Below, piece after piece: positions 9,230 through 19,500 of a stretch of 64,000 bases of DNA. Position 1 is the stretch's first letter. Each line of letters begins with the position of its first letter. This stretch comes from Spirochaetia bacterium (GTDB lineage Bacteria; Spirochaetota; Spirochaetia; SZUA-6; Bin103). The DNA is taken from NCBI GenBank assembly GCA_965208575.1, contig CBDBOV010000006.1:1120001-1184000 (forward strand), written 5' to 3'. A program made the translations under genes and the position numbers. The notes beneath the pieces are model-generated. The model was not told the DNA's origin. It made no database searches and saw only the letters and a list, made by a program, of their open reading frames with translations.

Positions 9230-11704
9230 TCACAGCGACTTCACCGCGGCCTCGATCTGCCGCGTGGCGTCAATGTAGGAGGTGCCCGGCGGAAACGTGA
9301 GCGGCGCCCCGAAACGCACCGCAACCCGGGTCCGGAAACGGCGCCGGCGCGGTTCGCTGACCAGGTGCACGGGCACCACCGGGGTGTGCGACTCGACCGC
9401 CAGCATGCCGGTGCCGCTCTGGAACGGCAGCATCGGCCGCCCGACGCGCTGTTCGCCCTCCGGAAAGATCACCACGCTCCAGCCGGAGTCCATCAGCCGG
9501 CCCATGTGCTCCAGGCTGGCGCGAATCGCGTTCTCGCGCGACAGCGGAAACGCGTTGGCGACCAGCGCCGCGAAGATGCCGGTCAGCCGTTTGCCGAAGG
9601 TGATCTCCGCGGCCGCCGCGAACGACAGGTGGCGCCGCCACGCCGGCGGCGTGGCCTTGGCCAGCACCATGCTGTCGCCGCGCACCGCGTTGTGGTTGGC
9701 GGCGAACAGCAGCGGGCCGCCGGTGCCGGCGGGCAGGTGCTCCAGGCCGCTGGCCCGCACGCGGTAGCGGACGCTGAACAGGGGAAACACCACCACCCGG
9801 TGGAGCACCTCGCGCAGCAGCGAGAACCACACGCTCAGCGGCCAGGTGTAGAACGGCGGCAGCGCCGCCCTGGCCTGCGCCTGGGAGTCGAGCAACTTCT
9901 GCAGCTCCGCGAACGTGGTCTGCGAGCCCACCAGCGACTCGTCGATGTAGACGCCCATCTCCTGCTCGATGATCGACAGCATCTCCACCCGCTTCAGCGA
10001 GTCGAGGTCCAGGTCGCCGCCGACGGTGTGCTCCGGCAGCACCTGCTCCTGCGCCACGCCGCTCACCTCCGAGACCAGCCGCACCAGGCGCTCCCTGGGG
10101 TCGCCGGCGGCCGCGGCCGGCGCGCGCGGCCCGGCCGCGGGAGCGGCGCTCGGCAGTCCCGCGCTCAGGGCGTCGACCAGGACCGCCTTCTTCACCTTCA
10201 GCGTGTGGGTGCGCGGAAAGTCCGCCTCCGGCCACACGGTGTGGCCGCGGATCTGCTGATGCTCGGCCAGCGCGCGGTTCGCTTCGGCCACGATGTGCGG
10301 CGCCCGCGCGGGCTCCTCCAGCAGGAACACGGCGTGCACCTGGGTGTCCTGGCCCTGCTTCAGCCCCACCACCGTGGCGTCGGTCACCGCCGGGATGCGA
10401 TGCAATACCGCCTCGATGTCCTCCGGAAACACGTTCTGGCCGTTGGCGAGCACGATCATCTCCTTGACCCGCCCGCGAATGTGCAGGTGCCCGGCATCGT
10501 CGATGTACCCGATGTCGCCGGTCCGGTACCAGTCGCCGTCGAACGCGGCGGCGGTCTGCTCCGGCGCCTGCCAGTAGCCGGGGGTTATGTTGGGGCCGCG
10601 CACCTGGATCTCGCCGCCGGCGGCGATGCGCACGTCGACGCCGGGCACCGGCGGGCCGACCGAGTCGAAGCGCGCCTCGGTCAGCGAGTGGCAACTGATC
10701 ACCGGCGACGCCTCGGTGGCGCCGTAGCCCTGCAGCACGCTGACCCCGAGCAGGTGCCACTTCTCGCCGAGCGCCTGGTCGAGCGCCGCGCCGCCGGAGA
10801 CCACGATGCGCAGGTGGCCGCCGAAGCGCGCGTGCACCTGGCGAAACAGCAGCCGGCGCAGCGCCACCGGCAGCCGGCGCGCCAGCTTCATCAGCAGATC
10901 CCAGGCGTGCTGCTTGCCGCGGTTGGCCACTTCGCGCTCGATGCTCTTCATGAACAGGTCGAGCGCCTGCGGCACCAGCAGCATCATGTTGACGCGCCGC
11001 TCCTGCATCGTCTTGAGCAGGATCGCCGGCTGCCGGCTGGTCACGAAGGTGATGCTCGCGCCGCAGCCGAGGCCGGCGAACAGCGAGCCCATCTGCTCGA
11101 ACATGTGGCTCAGCGGCAGCAGGCTCAGCATCCGGAACGAGGCATCACCGGGAATCACCTGCTGCACCGACGCGAGGTTGGCCATCAGGTTGCCGTGCGT
11201 CAGCAGCACTCCCTTGGCGTCGCCGGTGGTGCCCGAGGTGAACATGATCTCGGCCAGGTCGTCGCCGGCGAGCGAAGCGGGCTCGGCCGCCGGCCGGTCG
11301 TAGATCAGGCCTTCCAGGTCCTCGAACAGGATCGCCGGCAGGCCGAGAGCGGCATCACCCCCGGTAGCGTGCGCGGTGATCGCCAGCGACGGCGCCGTCC
11401 GGGCAATCACCTGCCGCACGAAGTCGGCCGTGGAGCGCATGTCCAGCGGCACCAGGACCGCGCCGATGCGCAGGCATCCGAAGAAGGCGAACACCCAATG
11501 CGGTGCGTTGGGGCCCCACAGGATGACCCGGTCGCCCTTGCCCACGCCGCGCTCGCGCAGCAGCGCGGCCACTTGCGCACAGGCGTGGCGCAATGCCCGG
11601 TAGCTCCACACGCGGTAGCGGAACCCCGGCTTGAACAGGAGCGCCGGGCGGTCGCCGAACCGGCGCACGATGTCGTCCAGGAAGTCGTTGACCGTCAGAT
11701 GCAT
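9230..11704 (-). CDS. Long-chain acyl-CoA/AMP ligase + ACP + PlsC-like acyltransferase fusion
   Basis: FTSGTTGDAKG, GYGATE and YRTGDIG (AMP-binding); DLDSL (phosphopantetheine Ser); NHNAVRGD and FPEG (acyltransferase). Confidence 0.9.
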   Translation of the reverse strand: MHLTVNDFLDDIVRRFGDRPALLFKPGFRYRVWSYRALRHACAQVAALLRERGVGKGDRVILWGPNAPHWVFAFFGCLRIGAVLVPLDMRSTADFVRQVIARTAPSLAITAHATGGDAALGLPAILFEDLEGLIYDRPAAEPASLAGDDLAEIMFTSGTTGDAKGVLLTHGNLMANLASVQQVIPGDASFRMLSLLPLSHMFEQMGSLFAGLGCGASITFVTSRQPAILLKTMQERRVNMMLLVPQALDLFMKSIEREVANRGKQHAWDLLMKLARRLPVALRRLLFRQVHARFGGHLRIVVSGGAALDQALGEKWHLLGVSVLQGYGATEASPVISCHSLTEARFDSVGPPVPGVDVRIAAGGEIQVRGPNITPGYWQAPEQTAAAFDGDWYRTGDIGYIDDAGHLHIRGRVKEMIVLANGQNVFPEDIEAVLHRIPAVTDATVVGLKQGQDTQVHAVFLLEEPARAPHIVAEANRALAEHQQIRGHTVWPEADFPRTHTLKVKKAVLVDALSAGLPSAAPAAGPRAPAAAAGDPRERLVRLVSEVSGVAQEQVLPEHTVGGDLDLDSLKRVEMLSIIEQEMGVYIDESLVGSQTTFAELQKLLDSQAQARAALPPFYTWPLSVWFSLLREVLHRVVVFPLFSVRYRVRASGLEHLPAGTGGPLLFAANHNAVRGDSMVLAKATPPAWRRHLSFAAAAEITFGKRLTGIFAALVANAFPLSRENAIRASLEHMGRLMDSGWSVVIFPEGEQRVGRPMLPFQSGTGMLAVESHTPVVPVHLVSEPRRRRFRTRVAVRFGAPLTFPPGTSYIDATRQIEAAVKSL

Positions 11705-11956
11705 GGTGCACCACCGCCGCCATCGACGCCCCGCACTGCGCCGGCACACCCCTCGATCGCGACCGGATCGACACCAGTTCTCACCTGCAGCATGGCCCAT
11801 GCTACCACGCCCGCCGGTGCATGGTGGCGTGCCGCGCCGCGCCCGGTCTCCTTCAGGACGCGGCCGGCGATCGCGCGGGGGGCCGTGCAGGCGGAAGCGG
11901 TCCTCTCATGATGCCCGGGAGCATGTTCCCGCCGCGTTCGAGTCAGTCGCCACCGA

Positions 11957-13168
11957 TCAGTCGTTGTCGATCAGCGTCAGCGTCCTCACGCCCGTCGCAG
12001 GGTGGCGCTCGTAGCCGGTGCCCGGCATCACCACGCCGCCGACATACATTTTCCCGGTACCGGTTTGTTTCGTACTGTCGTCCGGGGCTGTTACGGAAAA
12101 GCTTGTCGTGCCGGACGACGCGGAGATCGTGACCTGCCGCGGCGTACCCGGCCAATCGGAGGAGGTGACCTGAGGCTCGCCCGGCAGGGGGTTGACGACG
12201 GGGCGCTGCACAAACCACTTCAAAGTGACCACCAGGTCGGACGGCGGCGTCGGAGCCGCGGTCAGCGTGAACGATATGGTGGCGCCCTCAACCACTTGCG
12301 ATCGGTCTGCCAGGATGCTCACGTCCGACCTCGGCACGTGAGGTACCGGTCGTGAGGGCGGAGGCGAGGGCGGGGCGCCCACGGGAGCGGCTCGGTCGTT
12401 GTCGGTGACGGCGACGGTCGCCGTGCTCTGCGAGCCGACCGTGTAGCCGCTGCCGGCTGCGACGGTGACCGTCACCGAGCCGTCCGACTCCTCCGCACTG
12501 TCGTCGGGGATGGTCAACGACAGTGCGGCCGTTCCGGTCGTCGGGATGGTGAACGTCTCCGGCCGACTCGCGGGCAGGAACGAGCCCTGCTCCGACCAAC
12601 TCACGGTCACGGTCAAGTCGGACACGGGCGCCGGCGTCGCGGTCAGCATGAACGAAACCTCGCCGCCCTCGGTGACGGTCGATGCGCTCGCCTCGACCGT
12701 CACCACCGGCTGCACGGGCTGTTCCGGCTGTTCCGGCTGTTCCGGTGTCAGCGTGGCGCTCGCCGACACGGCGGCCGCCCCGCCGGTCCGGTAGCCCCCG
12801 CCTTCAGCGAGCGCGGCGGTCACCTCGCACCCCGCTTCTCCCACCCGGGCGCCGGTCGTCGGCACCGTCAGCGTGGCCTGCGACGTGCCGGCGGCGATCG
12901 TCACCGTCTCCGGCGCATCGATCAGCGCGCAGCCGGAGGAAGTGATCCTGACGCCGACGGCCAGGTCCGCCGGCGGCGCCGGTGCCGCCCGCACCACGAA
13001 CTGCATTGGGGCACCCGCCGCCACCGAATCCGTCACCCGTGCAATGGAGACCACGGGGGTTTGCGAAACCGAACCCATACCCTGCTGACACGCGGCGAGT
13101 GCCAGGAGCAGGAGCGGCGCCAGTGCGGCGGGAATCCAAGCCGGACGGCAGAAATACGACTCTCTCAC
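11957..13168 (-). CDS. Lipoprotein with three Calx-beta-like domains
   Basis: Lipobox LALAAC; VTEGGEVSF, GSGYTVG and VTDND/IDND ends; paralog at 55367. Confidence 0.8.
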   Translation of the reverse strand: MRESYFCRPAWIPAALAPLLLLALAACQQGMGSVSQTPVVSIARVTDSVAAGAPMQFVVRAAPAPPADLAVGVRITSSGCALIDAPETVTIAAGTSQATLTVPTTGARVGEAGCEVTAALAEGGGYRTGGAAAVSASATLTPEQPEQPEQPVQPVVTVEASASTVTEGGEVSFMLTATPAPVSDLTVTVSWSEQGSFLPASRPETFTIPTTGTAALSLTIPDDSAEESDGSVTVTVAAGSGYTVGSQSTATVAVTDNDRAAPVGAPPSPPPSRPVPHVPRSDVSILADRSQVVEGATISFTLTAAPTPPSDLVVTLKWFVQRPVVNPLPGEPQVTSSDWPGTPRQVTISASSGTTSFSVTAPDDSTKQTGTGKMYVGGVVMPGTGYERHPATGVRTLTLIDND

Positions 13169-13193
13169 AGTGACGACAGGGTACTGCCATTGG

Positions 13194-13251
13194 AACGTTC
13201 ATTCCATCATAAAAAGATAAATTCTTGGTAAACATAACGTACATTCCATCA
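13194..13251. promoter_or_regulatory. 16-bp direct repeat with 42-bp period and AT-rich spacer, upstream of the lipoprotein gene
   Basis: AACGTTCATTCCATCA (13194-13209) and AACGTACATTCCATCA (13236-13251). Confidence 0.6.
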
Positions 13252-13360
13252 GCACCTGCGGAGTGCCGTCGCCGGACGGCATTCGGGTGCGGCCACGACC
13301 AGCCCGGGCAGCGGGCGGGCGGAACACCACCGGGAACCGGGAGCAACTCCTGGAGGTGCG

Positions 13361-14050
13361 CTACGCGAGCCCGACCACCGTGACGACGATGCCCAGGACG
13401 ACGAACGCCACGGCGCCCATCCATTGGAGCGCGGCGAAGCGCTTGTTCATGTCCTCGAAGCGCCTGTTGACGTCCTCGAACCGCTTGTTGACGTCCTCGA
13501 AGCGCTTGTTCACGTCGTCGAACCGCTTGTTCACGTCGTCGAAGCGCTTGTTCACGTCGTCGAAGCGCTTGTTCACGTCGTCGAACCGTTTGTCCACCGC
13601 CGCGAACCGCCGGTCGAGGTTGGCGTTCATGTCCTCGAACCGCTTGTCCACCGCCGCGAACCGCCGGTCGAGGTTGGCGTTCATTTCCTCGAACCGCTTG
13701 TCCGCCGCCGCGAACCGCCGGTCGAGGTTGGCGTTCATGTCCTCGAACCGCTTGTCCGCCGCCGCGAACCGCCGGTCGAGGTTGGCGTTCATGTCCTCGA
13801 ACCGCTTGTCCACCGCCGCGAAGCCGGCCTGCATCAACTCGCGCTGCGCCTTGAACTCCTGCTCCCAGCGCTCCTCGGACCGCGCCAGGTGCGATTCGAC
13901 CCGGACCAGGTTGTCTTCCACGCGGGCGACGAGGCGGTCGGCAAAGGCGCGCGACTCGGCGAAGCCGGGTGTGGCCTCCATCATCAATTCCGGGAGCATG
14001 CCGCGGACGTGTTCGACGATGTCCCGAAGGTCGGTGTCGGTGAGCGCCAT
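13361..14050 (-). CDS. Coiled-coil repeat protein with C-terminal TM anchor (DUF1640/CCDC90-like)
   Basis: KRFEDVN-type heptads and 18-aa repeats; terminal hydrophobic helix; TTGCCA-N17-TATGCT upstream. Confidence 0.8.
   Translation of the reverse strand: MALTDTDLRDIVEHVRGMLPELMMEATPGFAESRAFADRLVARVEDNLVRVESHLARSEERWEQEFKAQRELMQAGFAAVDKRFEDMNANLDRRFAAADKRFEDMNANLDRRFAAADKRFEEMNANLDRRFAAVDKRFEDMNANLDRRFAAVDKRFDDVNKRFDDVNKRFDDVNKRFDDVNKRFEDVNKRFEDVNRRFEDMNKRFAALQWMGAVAFVVLGIVVTVVGLA
13436..13822. repeat. Intragenic tandem repeats: 7 x 21 bp followed by about 4.4 x 54 bp
   Basis: 21-bp units start at 13436; 54-bp units start at 13583, 13637, 13691, 13745 and 13799 (partial). Confidence 0.9.
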
Positions 14051-14164
14051 GGTGGTGTCGGTGTCGACAGCATAGCCGAGGAACGGTGCACTGGCAATGC
14101 GCCGGCGCGTTCGAAGTACGTTCGAGGCCGGGACCGGGCCGCCGGGAACGCTTGCGGACCGCCG

Positions 14165-15217
14165 TCACTCGCGCCGGCTGCCGGGAGCCGACCGGTGCGG
14201 CGCGCGCAGGGCGGCGCGCACGGCGGGGAGGTACGGGCGGCTGATCGGCAGGTGCGCGCCGCCGCTGAGGCGCAGCATGGTGCGACCCTCGCGGCGTACC
14301 GTGGCGAGCATGTGGCGGTGAGCGGCCCAGTAGGAGCGGTGCACCTGCATGCCCAGGTCGCCGAGATCGGCGACCGCGTCCGCGAAGCGCATCAGAACGA
14401 GGCAGGATCCGCCGCTGGTATGAACGTGGATGTAGTGATCGTCCACCTTCAGGTAGATGATGTCACGGCTTACCGCTTGCGACAGCCGGGAATAGAACCG
14501 TGCCTGCCGCGCGGTGGGGCGCTCCCGCGCGGTGGTTCGCGCATCGGGCGGGGGCGTGGCCGGCGCAGATCCGGCCGCGGCGACGTGCGGCGGGTGGTCC
14601 GGGACGGTGCCGCCGGACCTGGTGCCGGCATCGGGCCGCGCCGAGTCGCCGGGAGTGGTGGCGCCGGCGGAGCCGGCCGGCTCTGCCGGCGGGCCGGTCG
14701 CCGCGCCATGCGCCGCGTCGTGCGCAGGACGCTCCGCAATGGCGGCGGCGGCCCTGATCCGCTGGAACATCACGAAGTGGACGAAGAACGTGCACACGGC
14801 AACCACGATCGTGACGGTCAGGTAGGTGTTCACCAGCGAGCGGGGACCCTCGTGCGCGGGGCGAAAGAGGATGTCGGCGGTTGCCACCACCGACGTGCAG
14901 ACCAGGCCCTCGAACAGCACGGCCGCCGCGACTGCCGGCAGCATCTCGACCAGCGACCCGCGCCTGGTCAGGTAGAGCACCACCGCCGCGAGGGCGTAGC
15001 AGAGGGGAAACGTCACGGCGGCGCACAACGCCCAATACGCGGCACGCCGCAGCGGCCGGAGGGTCTCCAACGTGCCGAGCGGACCGAAGATCGTCATCGC
15101 CACGACAAACAGCGCCACGCTGGCGATCGCGATCGCGACCGTCCGCGGCGCGAGCAGTTCACGGTACGCGGCACGCCACAACCCGCGCTCGGTCGCCCAA
15201 CCTGCAATTCGCGGCAT
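14165..15217 (-). CDS. Membrane-anchored LytTR-family transcriptional regulator
   Basis: Four N-terminal TM helices; DHYIHVHT, MQVHRSYWAA and LPISRPY; GAGGA RBS before ATG 15217. Confidence 0.9.
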   Translation of the reverse strand: MPRIAGWATERGLWRAAYRELLAPRTVAIAIASVALFVVAMTIFGPLGTLETLRPLRRAAYWALCAAVTFPLCYALAAVVLYLTRRGSLVEMLPAVAAAVLFEGLVCTSVVATADILFRPAHEGPRSLVNTYLTVTIVVAVCTFFVHFVMFQRIRAAAAIAERPAHDAAHGAATGPPAEPAGSAGATTPGDSARPDAGTRSGGTVPDHPPHVAAAGSAPATPPPDARTTARERPTARQARFYSRLSQAVSRDIIYLKVDDHYIHVHTSGGSCLVLMRFADAVADLGDLGMQVHRSYWAAHRHMLATVRREGRTMLRLSGGAHLPISRPYLPAVRAALRAPHRSAPGSRRE

Positions 15218-15252
15218 CGATTCCTCTATCGCCGGCCCTTGGCGGGAAAACC

Positions 15253-15297
15253 GGCCCAACTGGCCCAACTGGCCCAACTGGCCCAACTGGCCCAACC
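15253..15297. repeat. 9-bp tandem repeat (GGCCCAACT) x5 in the LytTR leader
   Basis: Read directly; the last unit is GGCCCAACC. Confidence 0.9.
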
Positions 15298-15502
15298 GGC
15301 ACTGTGGCCCCGCTGACCGCATGACGATGCGCATCCGGGACCGGCGCAATACATGAATCGCGCACGCCGAGGGTGCTGTTCACGAACACGACCGCGGTGA
15401 TTCGCCCCACTCACGAATCTTTCATCACAATCGCGAATCTATTGCGCAAAGCACGTATCGATAGCGCGCAGGGAGGCCGCTAGTCAAGTAGGATTCCCGG
15501 CC

Positions 15503-16555
15503 ATGTGTCGATCATGTCGCACTGGACTCGATCAGGACGAGGCGCAAGCACGCGCTCGAAGGCGGCTGGACGCGATGAATGAGACCGTGCACGACATCGG
15601 TAATGCCATCAACAGCGTGGCGATCGGGGTGGGCACGCTGCACGCCGAGTTGCGGGAGAACGCGGTGGTGCGCCGGTTCAGCGCCCTTGCGGACGCCTTG
15701 GAGACGCATCGCGGAGACTGGCTCGGCTACCTGGAGCGGGACCCGCAGGGCCAACAGGTGATCCCGTTCGTGCTGGAGCTGGCGGCGGACCTCAAGGCTC
15801 GGAACGAGCGGCTGAGCAACACCGTCGACCGGGTCAGGCGCGGCGTGGAGCACATCACGGGAATCGTTCGTTCGCAAGAGCCGGTCAAGATGGAAGCTCC
15901 GGCGCCCAGGACGGTCGATCTGCGCCAATCGATAGCGGATGCCGCGGCGATGCTGGCCGATTCGGTCGCCGCGAGAGGCATCGATCTGCAGGTCGACTGT
16001 GTACGCGCACCGGCTCGGGTTTCGATCCACGAGTGCCGGTTCCACCAGATGCTGGTCAACCTGGTCACCAACGCCATCGAGGCAATCGACGAACTCCGGC
16101 GGAAGGAGGGAATGCGGGAGCCGCGCATTCGCATCGTCGCCGGTCGCCGGCACGAGTTCCTGGTGATCGACGTGGTGGACAACGGCGTCGGGATCGCACC
16201 GGAGTGCCGCGGGCTCATCTTTGCTCCCTCCTACACGACGAAGCAGGACGGACGCGGATTGGGGCTGCACTCGGTGGCGAACTACGTGGTGGCGTCCGGC
16301 GGCCGAATAGAAGCGCTCAGCGCCGGCGCCGGAAAGGGAACGACCATGCGCGTGCTGCTGCCGCAGGCGTCCCCGGCTTCGGAGGCGGGCCCTGCCGGCT
16401 CGCGGCCGGCGCAGCAGGGCGCCGCACTCGGGGACGGCGCGGCGCGCCTGGCGGCTCGCGAAGGCGGTTCGTGGTTCCAGGGCGTCCTGGGGGATTCGAG
16501 CGCCATCGCCGACGCGCACGCTGCGGGCCACGCGCGAATCAGTATCGGAGCCTGA
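15503..16555 (+). CDS. Histidine kinase without a sensor domain (DHp + HATPase_c)
   Basis: H-box VHDIGNAINS, N-box NLVTNAIEA, DNGVG, YTTK and GRGLGL; paralogous to the C-terminal part of 44288-46669. Confidence 0.85.
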   Translation: MCRSCRTGLDQDEAQARARRRLDAMNETVHDIGNAINSVAIGVGTLHAELRENAVVRRFSALADALETHRGDWLGYLERDPQGQQVIPFVLELAADLKARNERLSNTVDRVRRGVEHITGIVRSQEPVKMEAPAPRTVDLRQSIADAAAMLADSVAARGIDLQVDCVRAPARVSIHECRFHQMLVNLVTNAIEAIDELRRKEGMREPRIRIVAGRRHEFLVIDVVDNGVGIAPECRGLIFAPSYTTKQDGRGLGLHSVANYVVASGGRIEALSAGAGKGTTMRVLLPQASPASEAGPAGSRPAQQGAALGDGAARLAAREGGSWFQGVLGDSSAIADAHAAGHARISIGA

Positions 16556-19500
16556 TCTCGAGGATCATCTGGTAGTCGGGGGCGTCCGCGGTGTCGCGGC
16601 GCTCGCCGCTGAGCTCGACGGCGAGGCCCCGGCCGGCGGTGCGATCGAGGTTGAATCGGGCCCCGACGCGCACGCGCTGCGCCTCGCCATCGCTCAGCCC
16701 CACTTCCGCGAACGGGGTCAGCACGCCGCCGCTGCCCGGCAGCGCCACACCGTAGCCCACCCGGCCGTCGAGCGACGCCGGCTGCTCGGCGGCGCCGGCC
16801 GCGGGCGCCGGCAGGTAGTCCTGCCACAGCACGTCGCCGGCGGCGGCGGGGGCACCCCAGCGCGGGCTCAACTCCGCCGACAGCCCGTGCCCGTTGCTGT
16901 CCGCGGTGAGCCGCGCCGTCACCGAGGCTCCGTGCTCCCGATGCCCGGCGGCCGTGTGCACGGCCAGCACCCGTCCACGCGCCTCCAGTTCGACCCGCTC
17001 GGCCGCAAGGCGCACCCCGCCGGCCACCTCCGCGCCGAAGCCGGTGACGTCGTCGCCGTCGTCGTAGCGGCCTGCCACCTCCAGGAACGGGCGCAGTTGT
17101 GCGCTGCCGAGCGGCAGCGGCACCGCCGCTTCCACCCCGATCCGCATGTTGACGGCGTTGGCGGTGAGTTCGTCCAGCGCCTGGTCGCCGTTCCCGGTCC
17201 GCAGGTGCGCGAATCCGGCGTCGCCGCGCAGCGCCACCTCCAACCGCCCGTCGAGTGCGTGCAGCCCGTGGCGCGCGCCGACCGAGCCGAGCAGCAGGGT
17301 CACGGCGCTGGTCTCGCTCGGCGCGCCGTCGCGTTCGTGCACCGCCTCTCCCTGACCGCCGCCGAGCACCACCGAGTATTCGGCTCCGGCGGACGGCCGG
17401 TACCAGCCATACGAATACATCCCGGTCACCGCCACCCCGACACGGCCTCGTTCGCCGGGCTCGTCGCCGCCCTCCACCGCGTACTCGGCGCTGCCGTGCA
17501 GGGTGCGCGCCACTGCCACGCCCGCCAGCCACGTGGTGTCGGCGGCAGCCGCCTCCAGGCCGACCCAGGCGGTATTCAGGTCGCCCTCGTAGCTGGCGCC
17601 GGGCTCCGGCTCGCCGCTGAACCCGTGCCGGTGGGCGCGGCCCCACAGCGTCCAGTACGGCACCGTATCGGACGCGCCGGGCGCCGCCGCGCTGTCCACC
17701 TCAGGCCTGGCCGGCGCCGTGAGCGGCACCTCGAAGGCGCTGTCGCTCAACAGCTCGGCGACGGTCGAGGGGCTGCTGACCGGTCCCACCTCGCGCTCCC
17801 AGTCCGCCACGCGCCACGCCCCGGGGGCCGCCTCGGCCGGCTGCGCCCCGTCCGAAGCCGGCCGCGCGGCCGCGCCCAGCGCCGCCTGCCGGCCCGCCAC
17901 GGTCAGTGAGCCCGCGTCCCGGCCTGCCGGTGCCGGCTTGAAGCGGCTGCCGATGACCGCGCGCGCCTCGTACAGGGTCGCACGTCCGATTGCCGCCAGC
18001 ACCGGCCGCAGGATGCGCCGGTAGGGCGCGTCCCGCACCGTCACCTCGAAGGTCAGCACCGCCGCGTCGCTCAGCTCGCGGTTGTCGTCGGCGTCGTGCG
18101 CCACGTACGTGAACGTCAGCCGCCCGCCCCGCTCCGGCGTGCCCGACAGGACCCGCGTCGCCGGGTCGAACTGCAGTCCGGCCAGGCCCGCCGGCTTCGA
18201 GCTCAGCTCATAGCTCAGCGGCCCGTTGCCGCCGGTCGCCGCCGGCAGCGTGACCGGCTCGATCTTCTGCTCCGCCGTGAACGTCTGGTCGGCCACCGTC
18301 TCCAGGAAGCGCGGCGCGACGTCGCGCACGGTGACGGTCACCTCGTCCGGCAGGCTGTCCAGTCCGCCGGCGTGGACCACCAGCTCGAATGTCAATTCGC
18401 CCGGCAGCTCCGGGGCGGTGAACGTGGGCGCGGCGCTGCTCGCGTCGTCGAGCGCCACCTCGATGCCCGCGGTCTGCGCCCAGGCGTAGCTGGTGATCGG
18501 ATCGTCGTCGGGGTCGTGGCTGGAGGTGCCGTCGAGCGTCACCACGGCGCCGGGGTCCACCTCCTGGTCGGGGCCCGCGTCCGCCACCGGCCGCCGGTTG
18601 TCCTCGATCGCCGCGGTCACCCGCGTCCTGCCCAGCACCACCCCGTCCGGCAGCGGCCGCGGCGCGCTGAGGCTGAGCAGGAAGGTCTCCGTGCCTTCCT
18701 CCAGGTAATCGGCGTAGGTCTCAACCCGCACGGTGCGATGGGTGGCTCCCGCCGTGAAGGTGACCGCCGCCGCGCGCCGCTGGTAGTCGCCGCCGACCGC
18801 GCTCGCGGTGCCGTCGGCGGTCGCCCAGCGCACGGTGAACGCGTGCGCCACCGGACGCGAGAGGACAATCGCGATCACGGAAGTCTCTCCCTCACGCACC
18901 GTCGCCGGCGTGACCAGGCTCACCCTCGGCGTGCGGTCGTCCTGCGAGTCGTACGGTGTGGACCGCGGCGGCGATCCCGGCGTCCCCGGCGGGGATCCCG
19001 GCGCCGGCGAAGATCCCGGCGCCGACGGGGACTTCGGCGCCGGCGCGGGCGGGGCGTTCGCGATGGTGGCGGCGGCGCTGCTCGTGCCCAGCTCGACGCC
19101 GGCCGGCAGGCCGCCGGCGGCCGCGCTGAGCTGGACGCTGAAGGTCTCGGCGTCCTCGTCTTCGCCGTCGGTCAGGGTCGCCACCGACACGACGCGCTCG
19201 GTCTGGCCCTCCGCGATCGTCACGTCGGTCGCCGCCTGCGCCGTGTAGTCGCTGCCGGCCGTCGCGGCATCGTCGCCGGTGCCGTCCGCGGTAGCCCAGC
19301 GCACCGTGACGTCGGCGGGGGCGGCGCGGGACAACGCCACCGTGAAGAGCGCGGCGGAGCCCTCGGCGACCGGCGCCGCCGGTCCGCTCACGCTCACCTG
19401 CACCGGCGGCAGGACGTTCAGGTTGAACTCGGCATAGGCGAACGCGCCTTCCGGATCGGTGGCGGTCACGCGAATCCGGGTGATCCCGACGTCGGTCGCC

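Noticed and set aside
11695-11793. Possible short upstream ORF overlapping the acyl ligase start
   Set aside because: Only a -10-like TAGCAT supports it; there is no -35 and no evidence of coding character.
13436-13822. Possible CRISPR array
   Set aside because: The units are contiguous and in-frame with no unique spacers, and there are no cas genes.
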